Below are positions 1 to 13,720 of a stretch of 64,000 bases of DNA, one piece after another. The notes under the pieces are model-generated. The model was given only the letters and a program-made list of their open reading frames with translations. It made no database searches and was not told where the DNA came from. Both the position numbers and the translations under genes were made by a program. The first letter of the stretch is position 1; every line of letters starts with the position of its first letter. The stretch is from Eledone cirrhosa (lineage: Eukaryota), in the NCBI GenBank assembly GCA_964016885.1, contig OZ024742.1, positions 254,758,001 through 254,822,000 of the forward strand, given 5' to 3'.

Positions 1-214
1 AAGATTAGTCAATGGACAGCTCATTTAGTTAGAATCAAGAACGTATATTAAGTATCTGATTATTATACTTTTACAGCCTTGCCAGGAAAAATACTTTACA
101 CAAGTTATTCTTTAAGATTCAGTAATTTTATTTAAAAAGATTTCTAGTTATTGCGGCCGTCTAGAAATTCTATTGAAAATGCATTATCATTAAGTATGTC
201 TGTGTGAAAGTGCA

Positions 215-325
215 TTAGTATGTGTTTAGGGTGTTGTACTCATGATCATAAGAATGTGGACTCGATTCTTGCGCTGGATGGTACATTATGTTCTTCAGCA
301 AGATTCTTCATTTCACATTACTTTT
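215..325 (+). mobile_element. tRNA-derived SINE, degenerate (TTGAGCAAG-core family)
   Basis: Box-B-like GACTCGATTC followed by TTCTTCAGCAAGATTCTTCATTTCAC, similar to copies at 11985 and 55565. Confidence 0.55.
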
Positions 326-1029
326 CAGAAAAGGACTGTGACCCTCATCATTAAAACATCTCCAAAAAATCTCCTATGACATACATAGATGTGAGCAACA
401 GAGGGCTGAGCCCCCCCCCCCCAATAATTAAAACACTGGAGAAACTTCCTATGCAATGAAACCTCAGAAGAGGCCAGTTAAATCTGCATAAGTGTATCCT
501 GTAAAAACCCCTATCATTAAAGCACTCAAGAATTCTCAGATGGGATAGGTCCTAGGGAGAGAAAAAAGGCCAGCAAAGGTGTGAGCTGTAAGAATATAAT
601 AGGTCTGGGTCCCCTGTAACTAAAACACACATGAAACACCCTATAAGATGCAACCTTGGAGGAGGCCAGTTGAACATACATATGTGTGAGTTTCAAATTA
701 TATTTTCCTTTCATTCATGGCTTTTGGGTTGCGGAACTTGCTCCACAACCATGTAGCTTCAGGTTTAGTACCATTGTGGGACACTTAAGGCAAGGGAGAT
801 CGTGATCGCACAGGACCATGATGGCTGGTGCTATGCAGTAATATAGAAGACCAGCCCTCCCATATGCAGGAGCTGAGGCATACGTCTAGTATATACCACC
901 TTCCCTCCCATCACCCCTCCCAAACACCTCCCCCATTGTAATTACACCAACCCTATATCTACCTCCCCAATTCCCCATGCATCTTCACCACCCAAGTCCC
1001 CAATCCACATCATAAAGTGGTCATCCTTA

Positions 1030-1410
1030 AGCCATGACAAAAAGTGCCCAGTCCACACATTAAAGTGATCATGTTGGTGTCACAACAGGAAACACCCAGC
1101 CAACACTGCAAAATTGTTGTGTAGTTGTCACGAGAAAAAGCACCTAGTCCACACATTAAAGCAGTCATGTAGGAGTCATGATAAAATGCGCCCAGCCCAC
1201 ACTGTAAAAGGTTGCGTAAGTGTCATGAAAGAAAGCACCCTGTACACACTGTAAATGTGGTTGGGGTTAGGCAGGGCATCCAGCCATAGAAACCAAGCTA
1301 AAATCAGTTGTGTGTGAGCAAAACATGATTCCCCGACCTGGATATCTCACAACGAGACAGCATTCCTACTCATGCTAGTGTGGAAAATATATGTTAAATA
1401 ATGATGATGA
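1030..1410 (+). mobile_element. RTE-type LINE/SINE 3' tail with internally multiplied CCCAGTCCACAC unit and (TGA)n end
   Basis: About five degenerate copies of cccagtccacac(a)ttaaag, then GGCAGGGCATCCAGCC...AATGATGATGA; same tail as 6070-6250 behind the RTE ORF. Confidence 0.65.
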
Positions 1411-1419
1411 TATATATAT

Positions 1420-1513
<94 letters not shown>

Positions 1514-1740
1514 ATATATATATATATATATATTGATATATATATATATATATATATTGATATTGATATTGACTACAATTAGTATTCTCATTAGGTTTCC
1601 AATGAAGATGTATTTATGTTGTTTACCCTCAGGGATTTCCTTTCCTCATTATTTTCCCATTGCTGAAACCTCATTCACATATATACATACATATACATAT
1701 ATACACACACTCATATATACACATACATACACTCATACAC

Positions 1741-1795
<55 letters not shown>

Positions 1796-2269
1796 CCACA
1801 ATAATATGAAATACATTAGGTTTGTCAAATTGATATGAAAATTAATGGATGCACTTTGATTATATTCCACATTTGTCATTGTAATTTTTATACTTTTGCC
1901 CATTTGTTAGTAACATTATTCATCATTATTAATATATATGTCTGTGTAATAGATATACATTCACACATACATGCACATATATGTATAATATATATATGTA
2001 CATAAATATACATTTAAATATGATATCTATATATACATATGATAGTAGGCTAAAAGGAAGGATTGGTGCTAGAACTGTGAAATTTTGCATGCATTAATTT
2101 AAGCTCTTCCTAATAACTGCATTGTTTTTTCGAGGGACTATATTGAAAAATAAACCTCATTTCGTCGTTCCATGAGAGTATCTTGTTCAGCTTATGAACT
2201 TTTCAGCTGAACCTTGTATACATACATACTTACAGACACACTCACATACACATATATATTTGTATTCTA

Positions 2270-2579
2270 TATAGAGAAACATGCCAAAGTTGGCTGCCAA
2301 ATCAACTTTCTCAAACAGTGTCTCAAAATCAACCTAATACACATATATGTAAACATTCACTAAGCCAGATATCTACACACACAACCACTTGCTAACCATA
2401 TGAAAAAAAGTAGCTTTTATATGAAAAGAATTTACAACTGGATAAATAATGTATGCCCTTATTTGGCCAAACCACACCCCTGATGATACAGCCAGTTAAC
2501 TACGAAGCCCTTTGGCAATCAGCCTGGAACTAGCTGTTGAAACAGCAAGAGCTCAGCCGTTGGGTTCCGACTCTCTATA

Positions 2580-2580
<1 letters not shown>
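2270..2580 (+). mobile_element. Penelope-like fragments: N-terminal ORF piece and HHR-bearing pLTR piece
   Basis: 2274-2333 translates EKHAKVGCQINFLKQCL, matching EKRAKAGCQINFLKRCL of the PLE at 32.5 kb; HHR at 2476. Confidence 0.65.
2476..2565 (+). ncRNA. type I hammerhead ribozyme
   Basis: ACCC-CTGATGA-T-ACAGCCAGTT..AACTAGCTGT-T-GAAA-CAGC..GCCG-TT-GGGT; stems I and II pair, stem III has one mismatch. Confidence 0.75.
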
Positions 2581-2628
<48 letters not shown>

Positions 2629-2654
2629 AAATAGAGGTGTGACACACGAGTTGT

Positions 2655-3152
2655 GATATATTAGTAAAAAGGAAAAGAAAATACTGGCAAATTTTTCCCA
2701 GTGGAAAATAGTTTAATTAGGAATAAGTATAAATTAGTAATAAGTATTAGTTAGTATTCAGTTTTAGTTTTAAGTTTTTACCAATTGCGCATTTCTAATG
2801 CTTTTCAAAAATAATTTTGAGATAGAGCGCTCATGATTTTTGCTCTAACCTGATCAGTTTTGGAAATTCTTCCTGTTTTATGTGAAAAAAATGGCTTCAG
2901 AGGTATTAAGATTTAGTTGGTTGTTGAATGTCACGTGAATAAGCACTATAAAATTCGTGCCAATTCGTGTTGCAAAAGTTCTTGTAGTCAAAACAATTTT
3001 GATTGGTCGATAGAAGTCAGGTAAATGTTTAAATTGATTTTAGCGCGAACTGGTTTCACGCCAAATGTAGGTTTCTTGAAGAGTGTTCTTTTCAACTTGA
3101 TTGAGTTGCAGTCATGTTGAGAGGTCAACAGTTCAGGTGTCTATTAAGACAA

Positions 3153-3186
<34 letters not shown>

Positions 3187-3746
3187 TAAAGTGGTTCATT
3201 GTTGTGATAATGGAAATGAATCGGTCAGTAGGAATATGTGTGTAAAAATGGCGTACTTTATTCGATATTTTCAGTCGTTGACCTCTCAACATGACTGCAA
3301 CTCACACACATACACACACATTCCTACTGACCGATTCATTTCCATTATCACAACAATGAACCACTTTTGGCGCGAAACCAACTCGCGCTAAAATCAATTT
3401 AAACATTCACGTGACTTCTACCGACCAATCAAAATTGTTTTGACTACAAGAATTTTTGCAACACGAATTGGTGCAAATTTTATAGTGCTTATTCACATGA
3501 CATTCAACAACCAACCAAATCTTAATACCTCCCAAGCCACATTTTTCACACAAAACAGGAAGAATTTCCAAAACTGATCAGATTAGAGCAAAAATCACGA
3601 GCGCTCTATCTCAAAATTGTTTTTGAAAAGAATTAGAAATGTGCGACCAGTAAAAACTTAAAACTAATACTTATTACTAATTTATACTTATTCCTAATTA
3701 AAATGTTTTCACTGGGGAAATTTGTCACCATTTTCTTTCCTTTTTA

Positions 3747-3752
<6 letters not shown>
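2655..3752. repeat. foldback element with ~400-bp inverted arms and degenerate variant HHR in each arm (2775-2811 minus, 3620-3656 plus)
   Basis: 2655-3065 is the reverse complement of 3364-3752; inner segments are also inverted; two-arm consensus TTT-TTGAAAA-GCATT-AGA-AATGC-GCAA-CCGG-TA-AAA. Confidence 0.75.
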
Positions 3753-3828
<76 letters not shown>

Positions 3829-3861
3829 TATATATATTATATATATTATACATATATATAT

Positions 3862-6250
3862 TAGCAGAAGACGTGACAGAGTGTCTGTTGTAAACACTAA
3901 ATCCCTCCCGCATGAAGAATGCCCCTCTCAACATAGACTCATAATTAGTGACCTCATAATCAGGACGAGACGTACTTGACAACAGAAGAGGATTATCCTC
4001 AGGAGAAAAATATGGAAGCGAAAGGACCCCACAGCCAGTAATAAATTTAAAAGCATATAACTTGATGCTTTCGACAGTAAGGAAGAGCAATTAGAGTCGT
4101 ACAATATAGAGGGACAGTGGGAATTCCTGAAAGCAAACCTGCTGATGGCAGCATATGAAGTCTGTGGCTGGAGCAGGCCTATAGGCAGGAGAAGAGTAAT
4201 GTGGTGGTGGAACAGTAAGGTGGAGGAGTCAATTAAGGCCAAAAAGCAGGCTTGGAAAGTATGGCGGGATGGGGGAAGTAGAGAAGACTATCAAGTGGCC
4301 AGGAGGGAAGCTAGGAGACAAGTGTAATTCGCAAGAAGGGAGGCAGAGGAAAGAAAGTTCAAGCATGTTCTACAACGTGAGGACCAAAAACGTGAGGTGT
4401 TCAGGATTGCTAGTCAATGTGTCAAGGAAAACCGTGATATTGTCGGGGAGAAGTGTGTCCTTAATGATGATGGTGTACTTGCCATCACTGACGCTGATAA
4501 GAAGGTAGCTTGGAAGTGTCACTACGAAAGGCTACTAAATGAGGAGAATAAATGGGAGAAAGACAGTCTCCCCCACATCGATCCAATAGAGGGACCAGCA
4601 GTGTTAGTCGAAGGTAGTATAATAAGTAAGGCAATCAAAGATATGAAGACAGGTAAGGCGGCTGGGCCTTCGGAAATAGTTGCTGAAATGCTGAAAGCTT
4701 CTGGAATGGTGGGACACACTATGGTCACCCGGATAGTAAACCAAGTCATACAGAATGGGGTTGTTCCGAAGGACTGCCGTAGCAGCATCATCATTAACTG
4801 CTACAAGGGTAAAGGAGATGCCCTAGATAGGGGTAACTATAGAGGCATTAAATTAATCGACCAGGTCATGAAGGTCACAGAAAAAGTAATAGCGCAACTA
4901 ATCAGAGAGCGAATTGATCTAGATGAAATGCAGTTCGGGTTTGTGTCAGGTAAAAGTACCACAGACGGTCTTTTCATTGTACGACAACTACAGGAGAAGT
5001 ACCTAGTTAAAAGTAAACCCCTATACTGAGATTTTGTCGACTTGGAGAAAGCCTTTGACAGAGTCCCCCATTCCATTATCTGGTGGGCTCTTAGAAAACT
5101 AGGTGTTGATGAATGGCTTGTGAGAGCTATACAAGCCATGTATAAAGAAACAGTCAGCAAGGTTAGAATTAACAACGAATATAGTGAAGAGTTTAGCGTA
5201 AAAGTTGGTGTTCATCAGGGCTCCGTTCTTAGCCCCCTACTATTTATTATTGCCCTTCAGGCTATAACAGTGGAGTTCACGACCGGCTGCCCATGGGAAC
5301 TCCTATACGCAGATGATCTAACGATCATAGCTGAATCAATGGCTGAACTAGAGTCAGAACTGGATGGAAAAAAGTTCAGAGAGCTTATACCACTATTAGC
5401 CGCTAAAGGGTTCTCTCTAAAAATGAAAGGCAAGTTGTATGATGCCTGCATACAAACAGCAATGTTACATGGCAGTGAGACCTGGGTATTGTGTGCAGAG
5501 GATATACGCAGACTGGAGAGGAACGAAGCTTGCATGCTCCGCTGGATGTGTAATAGTAATATACGTGAACGGCAAAGCATAAACGAACTAAGGGAAAAAT
5601 TAGAAATAAGTGGGATCAGATGTTGTTTACTCGAGAGAAGACTACGTTGGTATGGTCACGTGATGCGCATGAAAGACGACAGCTGTATAAAAAAGTTCAG
5701 GGCAATAAAAATAGACGGTAGCCACGGAGTAGGCAGACCCAGAAAAACTCGGGACGATTTGATAAATTCCGACCTCACACACTTACACATCTCCAAGACA
5801 ATGTCACTGGACCGAGATCTTTGGCGCTACACAGTAATACCGAAGACCCGCCTTACCTAAGTACAAAGTGAAACCTACTACAGTCAGTAGGCACCTCTAA
5901 CAAAAATACAGCACCGTCCCACTACCTCTACCCCATCTACATCACCCCTTTCAATGTAAAGTAATGTTGGTACCACAACATCCAGTCCGAAACAAATGAT
6001 GTCGTGTAGGTGTCGCGACAAAAAAAAACACACAGTCCACGCTGTAATGTGGCCGTGTAGGTAACACGCTAAAAACCTCCCAGTCCACACTGTAAATGTG
6101 GTTGGTGTTAGGAAGGGCATCCAGCCGTAGAAAACCCGCCAGACAGTCATATGCGAGCAAGACAACCACTCTTGCCTCAAGTGGGAAAACTCCCGTCCAA
6201 ACCCATGCAAGCATAGAAGATGGACATTAAATGATGATGATGATGATGCT
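3862..6250 (+). mobile_element. RTE-clade LINE, 5'-truncated, disrupted (APE C-terminus, RT, 3' tail)
   Basis: ORFs 4397-5029 and 5042-5860 carry KGKGD..NYRGI, QFGF, DLEKAFD, GVHQGSVLSPLLF, LLYADD, LRWYGHV; (TGA)n tail; internal deletion near 5350 relative to the 19 kb copy. Confidence 0.95.
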
Positions 6251-7294
6251 AATGATATATATATCTTTACACTTGGACTAGATATATATGATATACTCTA
6301 TTTTCCCATATCTCTAGATATATCTCTATGATACATGTTGTTATGTTGTAATAGCTAATAATACTGTTTCTGGATATTTTGTGAGGCTGTCTATGATTAT
6401 TACACAGATGTGTCGCACTGTAATATCTTGGATTGCCGAAAGTGGTTTTATTAATAGATTATGAGAAAGTAGCATTGGAGGAAAAGGAGGAGGAAAAGGA
6501 TAAAGAGAAGAGGAGAGTAGGAGGATGAGGGAGAAGAGGCAGAAGGGGAGAATGCAGAGGAGGGGGAGGGGAAGATAGTGTGGAGGGGTAGGATGGGGGG
6601 ATGGGGAGGATGGAGAGGATGAGGGTAAGGAGAATGAGGAGGAGGAGGACGACAACAAGGATGATGATTATGACAACAACAGCAACAACAAGCTAAGATG
6701 CTAAATAAAGTTAGAGAGAAGGGAGATAGCTGGGTGAAAGATTGGACACTGATAAACAAATCACAAGTTGCAGAGAGAGTGAGAGATAATAGAAGGGAAT
6801 TGCAGTTCATTGAATTGATAGAACATTGAACTACTGCCTGTAGACAACTGTAAAATACAAGATTAATCAGTATCAGCTGATTACAATTACTCTATTTGTA
6901 TGAGTATCTATTATATAACTTGTGTATTATATGCCTTGTGCATAAAACAACCACTGTTTCTGAGGCTAAAAATGGGAATAAATTGTATCTTTACACCTTG
7001 TGTAAATATTTTATAAATACGTTGCATGTTATCCATCAAAATAGTGATCTCATGTATGTTGCAATACAATATGTAAAACAACATGTCTTATGTAACCTGA
7101 CTGTTAATAACCAATAAAAACAGTGTTCAATTACAATGATAGCCAATATATCAAATACTATTTTAAAATAATTGTTATCAACATATATTTGCAATTTTGC
7201 CACTTGAAATGAGTATTTTAAGTTTAATAAAACAATTCTGCAAAGGTGTATCCATTTTTTGCAATTGGTTTTAGTTCAAAATGTTCGTATATAG

Positions 7295-7580
7295 ACATGA
7301 ACATACAGTGGATAACTATAGTGACTAACTATAGAGAGGGATGTTTTATATACACACAAACAAGCAGTTGATAGCTTGACTGGCTATAGAGTGAGATGTT
7401 AATCATACACAAGAACATAAAGTAGGTAACTTGTAGAATGCTTGACTGACTATAGAGAAAAGTTTCATATGCCAAAGAACATACAGTTAATAGCTTGACT
7501 AACGATAGAGAAGGATGTTTATATACAAAAGAACATAAAGTAGTTAGCTTGATTGACTATAGAGTTGGATGTCTAATACA
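7295..7580. repeat. degenerate ~55-60 bp minisatellite
   Basis: About five copies of gaacata..ag..(tagc)ttgactgactatagag..gatgtt. Confidence 0.6.
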
Positions 7581-8132
7581 TTTCATTGTTTTGTTGTCCC
7601 ATGATGTACACATGTTATTGTTAGCTATTTTGTAATAGATACAATGAAAAAAAAAGGGAATTTACAGTTCACAGATATGTAGGTCCAGCTGACCTCCTAT
7701 AAAGTTGTATACCATAGGAATTTTTTCAGGTGTTTTAACATTTGGGGAGCCAGTCCTAGAACAAAAGGTAACATGGTATGATGTCTTGCTTAAGAATAAA
7801 ATACAATATCCAGTCCAGGGATCGAGCCTACAGCCTTAACATCATGAGAATATCATCTTAACCATTAGAAAATGCAAATAGTATGGATTACACTTAGAGA
7901 CAAACATAAATTTATACCATATGGAAGATATATTAAGTTTCAGTCACCAAATAATGTTTATATCAATTACTACTAATGCTCCACTTGGAGCCAGTGTCTG
8001 GATATTTATATATATATATATATTAATAAAAGGAATTCCAACTTTATCTGATTAACTCGTTTTATTTACGATCCTTTAAAATTATAATGATATTATAATG
8101 AAATAGTATGGTAGAATATTAAATGTTAATTA

Positions 8133-8167
8133 AACAAGTACTTTCATGCTTTTGCAATCTTCAGGTT
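8133..8167 (-). ncRNA. minimal type I hammerhead ribozyme (inverted pLTR copy)
   Basis: Exact reverse complement of 10571-10605. Confidence 0.8.
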
Positions 8168-10570
8168 CATTGTCAGTGGTGACAGTCAAGTTTGCAGTTT
8201 TCAACTGTAATGAGATGGCTGAAATCTGTGCTTATACACAGTAAAAAGCGGCTATAGAATGCTAGGTTTTGCAAACTGTATTTCGCCCAATCAGTGTGTG
8301 GTTTCACTATATTACTAAAGGTGATTGGTTTAGGCATCATGGTTGGTTGAGCATGTCTAACGACTTCTATTTCACCGTATCCAAAGTATCAATTGTTTTG
8401 CTATTTTTAGAAATGATGAAAATAGCATTTTCTAGGGTTTTTATGAAAAATCTTCAGTAATCATCACTATCAACATCACTTTTATTATTATTATTGTTGT
8501 TGTTGTTAGTGATGGTAGTCGACATGGTCGTAGGCATAGTCATAGTAGGAGTAATACCCCTAAGCATTATTATTGTTCATTTAGCTTGGGTTGGAATTTA
8601 TCAATAAAATTCTTTTCTTTAGGAAAGAGACTAAGGAAAGAGACTACATCACCAATTTTGAGCCAAAACCCATAAGTCAAAAGAAATCCAACTGGTAGTA
8701 AAAGAATAAAAAAGTGAGTACATTAAATTACTACACTACTTAAAATTTAGACCTATTATAGTTGGTCCAACATGCCCTACCCATGGTCTAAGCAATTTTG
8801 TTGACATTATTTTGAAACCATTATGTATTCACATATCCAGTTTCATCCAGGAAATACTGGGTGGAATCCAGTTTCACCCAGTTAAATACTGGGTGGAAAA
8901 ACATAGAGAAGTGATTCCCACCAGATTCACAGTGTCATTTATATTAGACGCAGTCAGACTTATTCAGGAAAACCACACATTCTTCAATGGAAAGAAATAC
9001 ATCCAAATTAGAGGCACAGCGATGGGAACAAAGTTTGCTCCCGTTTATGCGAACTCCGTAATGGGATACTTAGAACAACAACTCTACCAAGAAATAGAGG
9101 AAAAAATATAGCACTGAATTTAGAAAGTACATTGAAAAGTCTTGAAAGAGATACCTTGATGACTGTTTCACCATCTGGACAGAATCTCTAGATACGCTGG
9201 ATGAGTTCAATATCCTCCTAAATAAGCTAAACCCATCTCTCCAATTTACAAAAGAGATGAGTAGTACCAAATTACCATTCCAAAAAACGACACCACCATT
9301 ACCACAGATATATGCTATAAACACACAGACACCCATCAATATCTGAATTTTAAGTCGTGCCATTCACCTCATACAAAATGCAATATTCCATACTGCCTAG
9401 CCAGAAGAATTTGTACCATTCTAGAAGATACAAATACCAGGAACAAACGGCTAACAGAACTGAGAGAATTTTTGCTCAAACAAAAATACCCATCTCTACT
9501 TATAGAAAATGGCATACACCAGGCTAAAAATACCTATACAACAACTTAGGACAACCCAAGGAAAAAGAAACCAAGAACTGGTCATATTATTTATAATGAC
9601 ACACAACCCATGTCACCAGAATATCTTCAACACTGCCAAAGCAAACCTACCGATCATTGCACAAAGTAATGAATTAAAAGGTTTAATCACAGACCGAGCT
9701 TTGACTCTTACTAAAAGGCAGCCGAAAAATTTGAAGCAATTACTAACAAAGGCAAAATTTGACCTTAACAACAAAGACCAATCATTCACTGTATCTAAAT
9801 GCAATGATAGTCGATGTGGCACATGTCAGTTCATACATACTGGTCAATATATGCATACAAAAACTGGAAAAATATTCACAAATGCAAATATGAACTGCAA
9901 AAGCAGAAATCTAATTTACTGCATTAAATGCCCGAATTGTGAAGAACTATGTGTCAGTCAAACTGGAAATGCACTATCGGAACGTGCACGGGTGCACCAA
10001 CAGCAATTCAGAGACCCAAAAGTCCGTCAGATACCCCTGAGTAACCATCTAGTAACATGTGGTCAGAAAATATTTATATTTTCATTCTACAAATTACACA
10101 GCCCAAGTGAAATCAAGAAAAGAATTTTATTGATCAATTCCAACCCAAGCTAAATGAACAATAATAATGCTTAGGGGTATTACTCCTACTATGACTACGC
10201 CTACGACCATGTCTACTACCACCACTAACAACAACAACAACAATAATAATAATAAAAGTGATGTTGATAGTGATGATTACTGAAGATTTTTTATAAAAAC
10301 TCTAGAAAATGCTATTTTCATCATTTCTAAAAATAGCAATACGATTGATGCTTTGGATAGGGTTGAATAGAAGTCGTTAGACATGCTCAACCAACCATGA
10401 TGCCTAAACCAATCACCTTTAGTAATATAGTGAAACCACACACCGATTGGTCGAAATACAGTTTGCAAAACCTAGCATTCTGTAGCCGCTTTTTACTGTG
10501 TATAAGGCACACATTTTAGCCATCTCATTACAGTCGAAAATTGCAAACTTGACTGTCACCACTGACAATG

Positions 10571-10605
10571 AACCTGAAGATTGCAAAAGCATGAAAGTAC
10601 TTGTT
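10571..10605 (+). ncRNA. minimal type I hammerhead ribozyme in pLTR
   Basis: AAC-CTGAAGA-T-TGC-AAAA-GCA-T-GAAA-GTAC-TT-GTT; palindromic stem III typical of dimer-cleaving PLE HHRs. Confidence 0.82.
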
Positions 10606-10760
10606 TAATTAACATTTAATATTCTACCATACTATTTCATTATAATATCATTATAATTTTAAAGGACTGTAAATAAAACGAGTTAATCAGACAAAGTTGG
10701 AATTCCTTTTATTAATGTAATCTTCTATACACAATCATACACACCCGTGTATATTTATTT

Positions 10761-10811
<51 letters not shown>

Positions 10812-10816
<5 letters not shown>

Positions 10817-11320
10817 ACTACAAACCTACCCAATTTAAACTCAATGGATATGCCTTCAACCTTGATGTTGCCTCTCTCTATACGACAGTATCCACTCACA
10901 CACTGGTCAACCTAGAGACTGACTGCATTATGTGTACAGCTTTGGCCTCATCTCACCAGACATACATCAACTTATAGCCGTCATTGTAGAAAATACAAAC
11001 TTCATTTTCCAGCACCACACATACAAACAAACAATATGCCTACCCCTGGGTTCCAGTCTTTCAGGCCTTCTGGCCATCACCTATATGAACCAGCTAGAAC
11101 ACTGAGCGCTCAACATTTGCCGCTCTTTTACCTTCTTCACACATACATAGATGATAGGTTCATCCTTACATCATCCTGTGAAGTGGCCCATATAATATCC
11201 ACAATGTTCTCAAACATGGATAACAACATATGATTCACCATAGAACACCCTGATAAAAATGGTCCCCTGACCCTGCTGGACTTCCAGCTTAGAATAACAA
11301 AAGGTGATATCATGAGGTAT
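10812..11320 (+). pseudogene. Penelope-like RT fragment
   Basis: YAFNLDVASLYTTV and TYIDDRFILTSSCE, homologous to YAFSLDVVSLYTTV and RYVDDILILTSSRE at 33.8-34.2 kb. Confidence 0.85.
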
Positions 11321-11984
11321 TCGCTTTTCTTTTAGCTGTTGCCAGGTCCTTTTTGCCAGTGCTGTGGTTTTAATGTTGGGATGCCTAAATGAGGAAAGAT
11401 GGAAGTAGAATATTTGTTTAAAATGGTCCTGGACCATACCTACATAACTTTGTTTATACTAAATAAGCTCTCTTGCAACAGATTGAGCACTGTTTTCCTT
11501 CATCTTTCATCTATGGATTTCTAGCAACACAACACATATCATCATATATGCAATAAATAGGATTTCTAGCAACACAACATATATGTATATACAATAAATA
11601 TGAATACAAGGGCTAGATTTCCACAATTTCTTTATTAGATAATTTGCTGTCACAAGCAGTTTCTGACATGATTTTTTCCAGACATTTTAGTTAATACATT
11701 TTTTAGTAGTGATATGTAGAATGGACTTATTTTCAATGTTTTGCCTTGTCACTAGCTAATTGTCCTCTTGTTTCATGTTCAGACAGTTGCTGTGATGATT
11801 TTTCCAGTTGCTGTGGTATATTCTGAACATTACAGTTAACATGTTTAATATAGCAAAAACTAGACATCTTTTGTGTGTCTACATGCAGAATAAATGGCTG
11901 AAGACCTGATGTTGTTTGTTTGTTCCATTTGTATTATTTCATTCCATTTCCAAGCTGATCAAATATCTTTTTGTGAAGTTGCAT

Positions 11985-12290
11985 AGCTTAGTCGTTAGAG
12001 AGTTGGATTCTCAATCATGAGTTTGTGAGCTTGATTCTCGGACAAGGAGATGCGTTGATTCCTTGAGCAAGGCACATTATTTGACATTGCTCCAGTTCAC
12101 TCAGCTGTAGAAATGAATTGCGATGTCACTGGTGCCAAGCTGTATCGATCTTTGCCTTTTCCTTGGACAACATCAGATTTCTGGTCTTCTAAAGAAACAT
12201 TTTGCCTGGGCTTGTACTTCAGAAGGGATCTTTTCAGGTGCAAAACTAATAGACATTCAGGACTGAAGGGAAACTTTACCCATTGCCATT
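11985..12290 (+). mobile_element. tRNA-derived SINE (TTGAGCAAG-core family)
   Basis: TAGCTTAGTCGTTAG (box A-like), GCTTGATTC (box B-like), CCTTGAGCAAGGCAC..GCTCCAGTTCACTCAGCTG. Confidence 0.7.
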
Positions 12291-13184
12291 ATATATATAT
12301 ATATGTGTGTGCATGTTGTGTGTTGACCCTCCATCAGTTCTAATAACAAATGTTTCAGTTATATTGGATCAAGAATTCCATTCCAAAGACTTTAACATAT
12401 ATTTAGCATAGCATGGTACATAGCAAAGCTGGCTCTTTGAATTACATCTATAGCTCATTTTTTTCACTTGAAGCAAATGAAGCAACTTGAAATAAAGGAC
12501 AAAACATGCTGCTGAGAATCAAACTCACAAACTTACAATTATAAGCTAAACACCTTAACCACTAAGTCACATGCCATCATGCACACACACACACATAATT
12601 ACATACATATTTATATATATATATATATATATGGATGTATATATATATAGATATATGTCATCAACATCATTTTCACTATTTAAGAGACATTAAATGATAA
12701 AGAATGTATATATATATATATATATATACAACAGAATAAATAGGAAAGTGATATTAAGTGAGAGTGAAGTGTATAATGTAAGGATGAAATGAAATGAAAT
12801 GGAGCAAATATTTGTAAGAAAAAGAGATATATGTAAATATATGTAAATTGAATCATATCACACATTTGAGAATTTCAAGAGTTTTCAGTTCCTTTTTTTA
12901 TTATCATTTTTCTTCTTCCATTTATTTGATTTTCTTACAGTCTGAATTCAAATAGAAAGAAGACTTGTTATGAGCTAAAACTAACAAATATTTATTCTTC
13001 TAAAATTTCTATTGGCTTTATTTATTTATTATTGTTGTGGTTGTTATTGATTTACACTGTAAATATGATGTTTATTGGATCTTCTACTACATATTGTGTC
13101 TCAACAAGGACCTTAGACAGACAGTAATTTCCGGAGTATATATGTATTATTTAACAGGTCAGTGTTTTGTATGAAGTCGGTTTG

Positions 13185-13720
13185 TCTGTGTCATCTTAAC
13201 TGAGCAGTGAAAACACAGCTCTGGCTTTCAACAATCGGCAGTTTGTTAGCTAGTGTCACCTAAGATGAGCAGTGAAAACACATCTCTGACCCTCATTAGT
13301 CAGCAGTCTATTAGTCAGTAGCCATGAGACTGGGCAGTGAAAACAACACACCTCTGGGCCCACAGAAGTCTGTTACTGTCTCCGTAATTGAGCAATAAAA
13401 TCACACCTCTATCCCCCAGCAGTCTGTTAGTCAATGTAACCATAGCTGGGCAGTGAAATTTACCTCTGATCCTCAACAATCTGTTTGTCAGTGTCCCCTT
13501 AGCTAAGCAGTGAAAACACATTTCTGGCAGTCAGCAGTCAGTTAGTTAGTGCCACCTTAACTAAGAAGTGAAAGCACCTCATGCCTGCAGCTGTCAGCAA
13601 TCTATTTTACACTGTCACCTTTCCTGAACAGTGAAAACACACCTCTGTCACTCAATTGTTTTTTTAGTCAGTGTCACCTTAGATGAGCAGTGGAAACAAA
13701 CCTCTGGCTTTCAGCAGTCC
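13185..13720. repeat. degenerate ~55-65 bp minisatellite (about nine units)
   Basis: Recurrent GAGCAGTGAAAACAC..CTCTG..CAGCAGTCTGTTAGTCAGTGTCACC. Confidence 0.75.

Larger units (their letters stand above)
8022..10716 (+). mobile_element. Penelope-like element (RT + GIY-YIG, disrupted) with ~600-bp inverted pLTR at its 5' side
   Basis: GTAMGTKFAPVYAN, RYLDD, CNDSRCGTC, NLIYCIKCPNC..QTG..ER..H; 8022-8619 is the reverse complement of 10115-10716; left end abuts (TA)n. Confidence 0.93.

Noticed and set aside
6341-6810. Pro/Ser-rich ORFs on the minus strand
   Set aside because: Low-complexity GA-rich tract
13185-13720. Regularly spaced motif resembling a CRISPR array
   Set aside because: The spacers are homologous to each other, the repeats are degenerate, there are no cas genes and the context is eukaryotic
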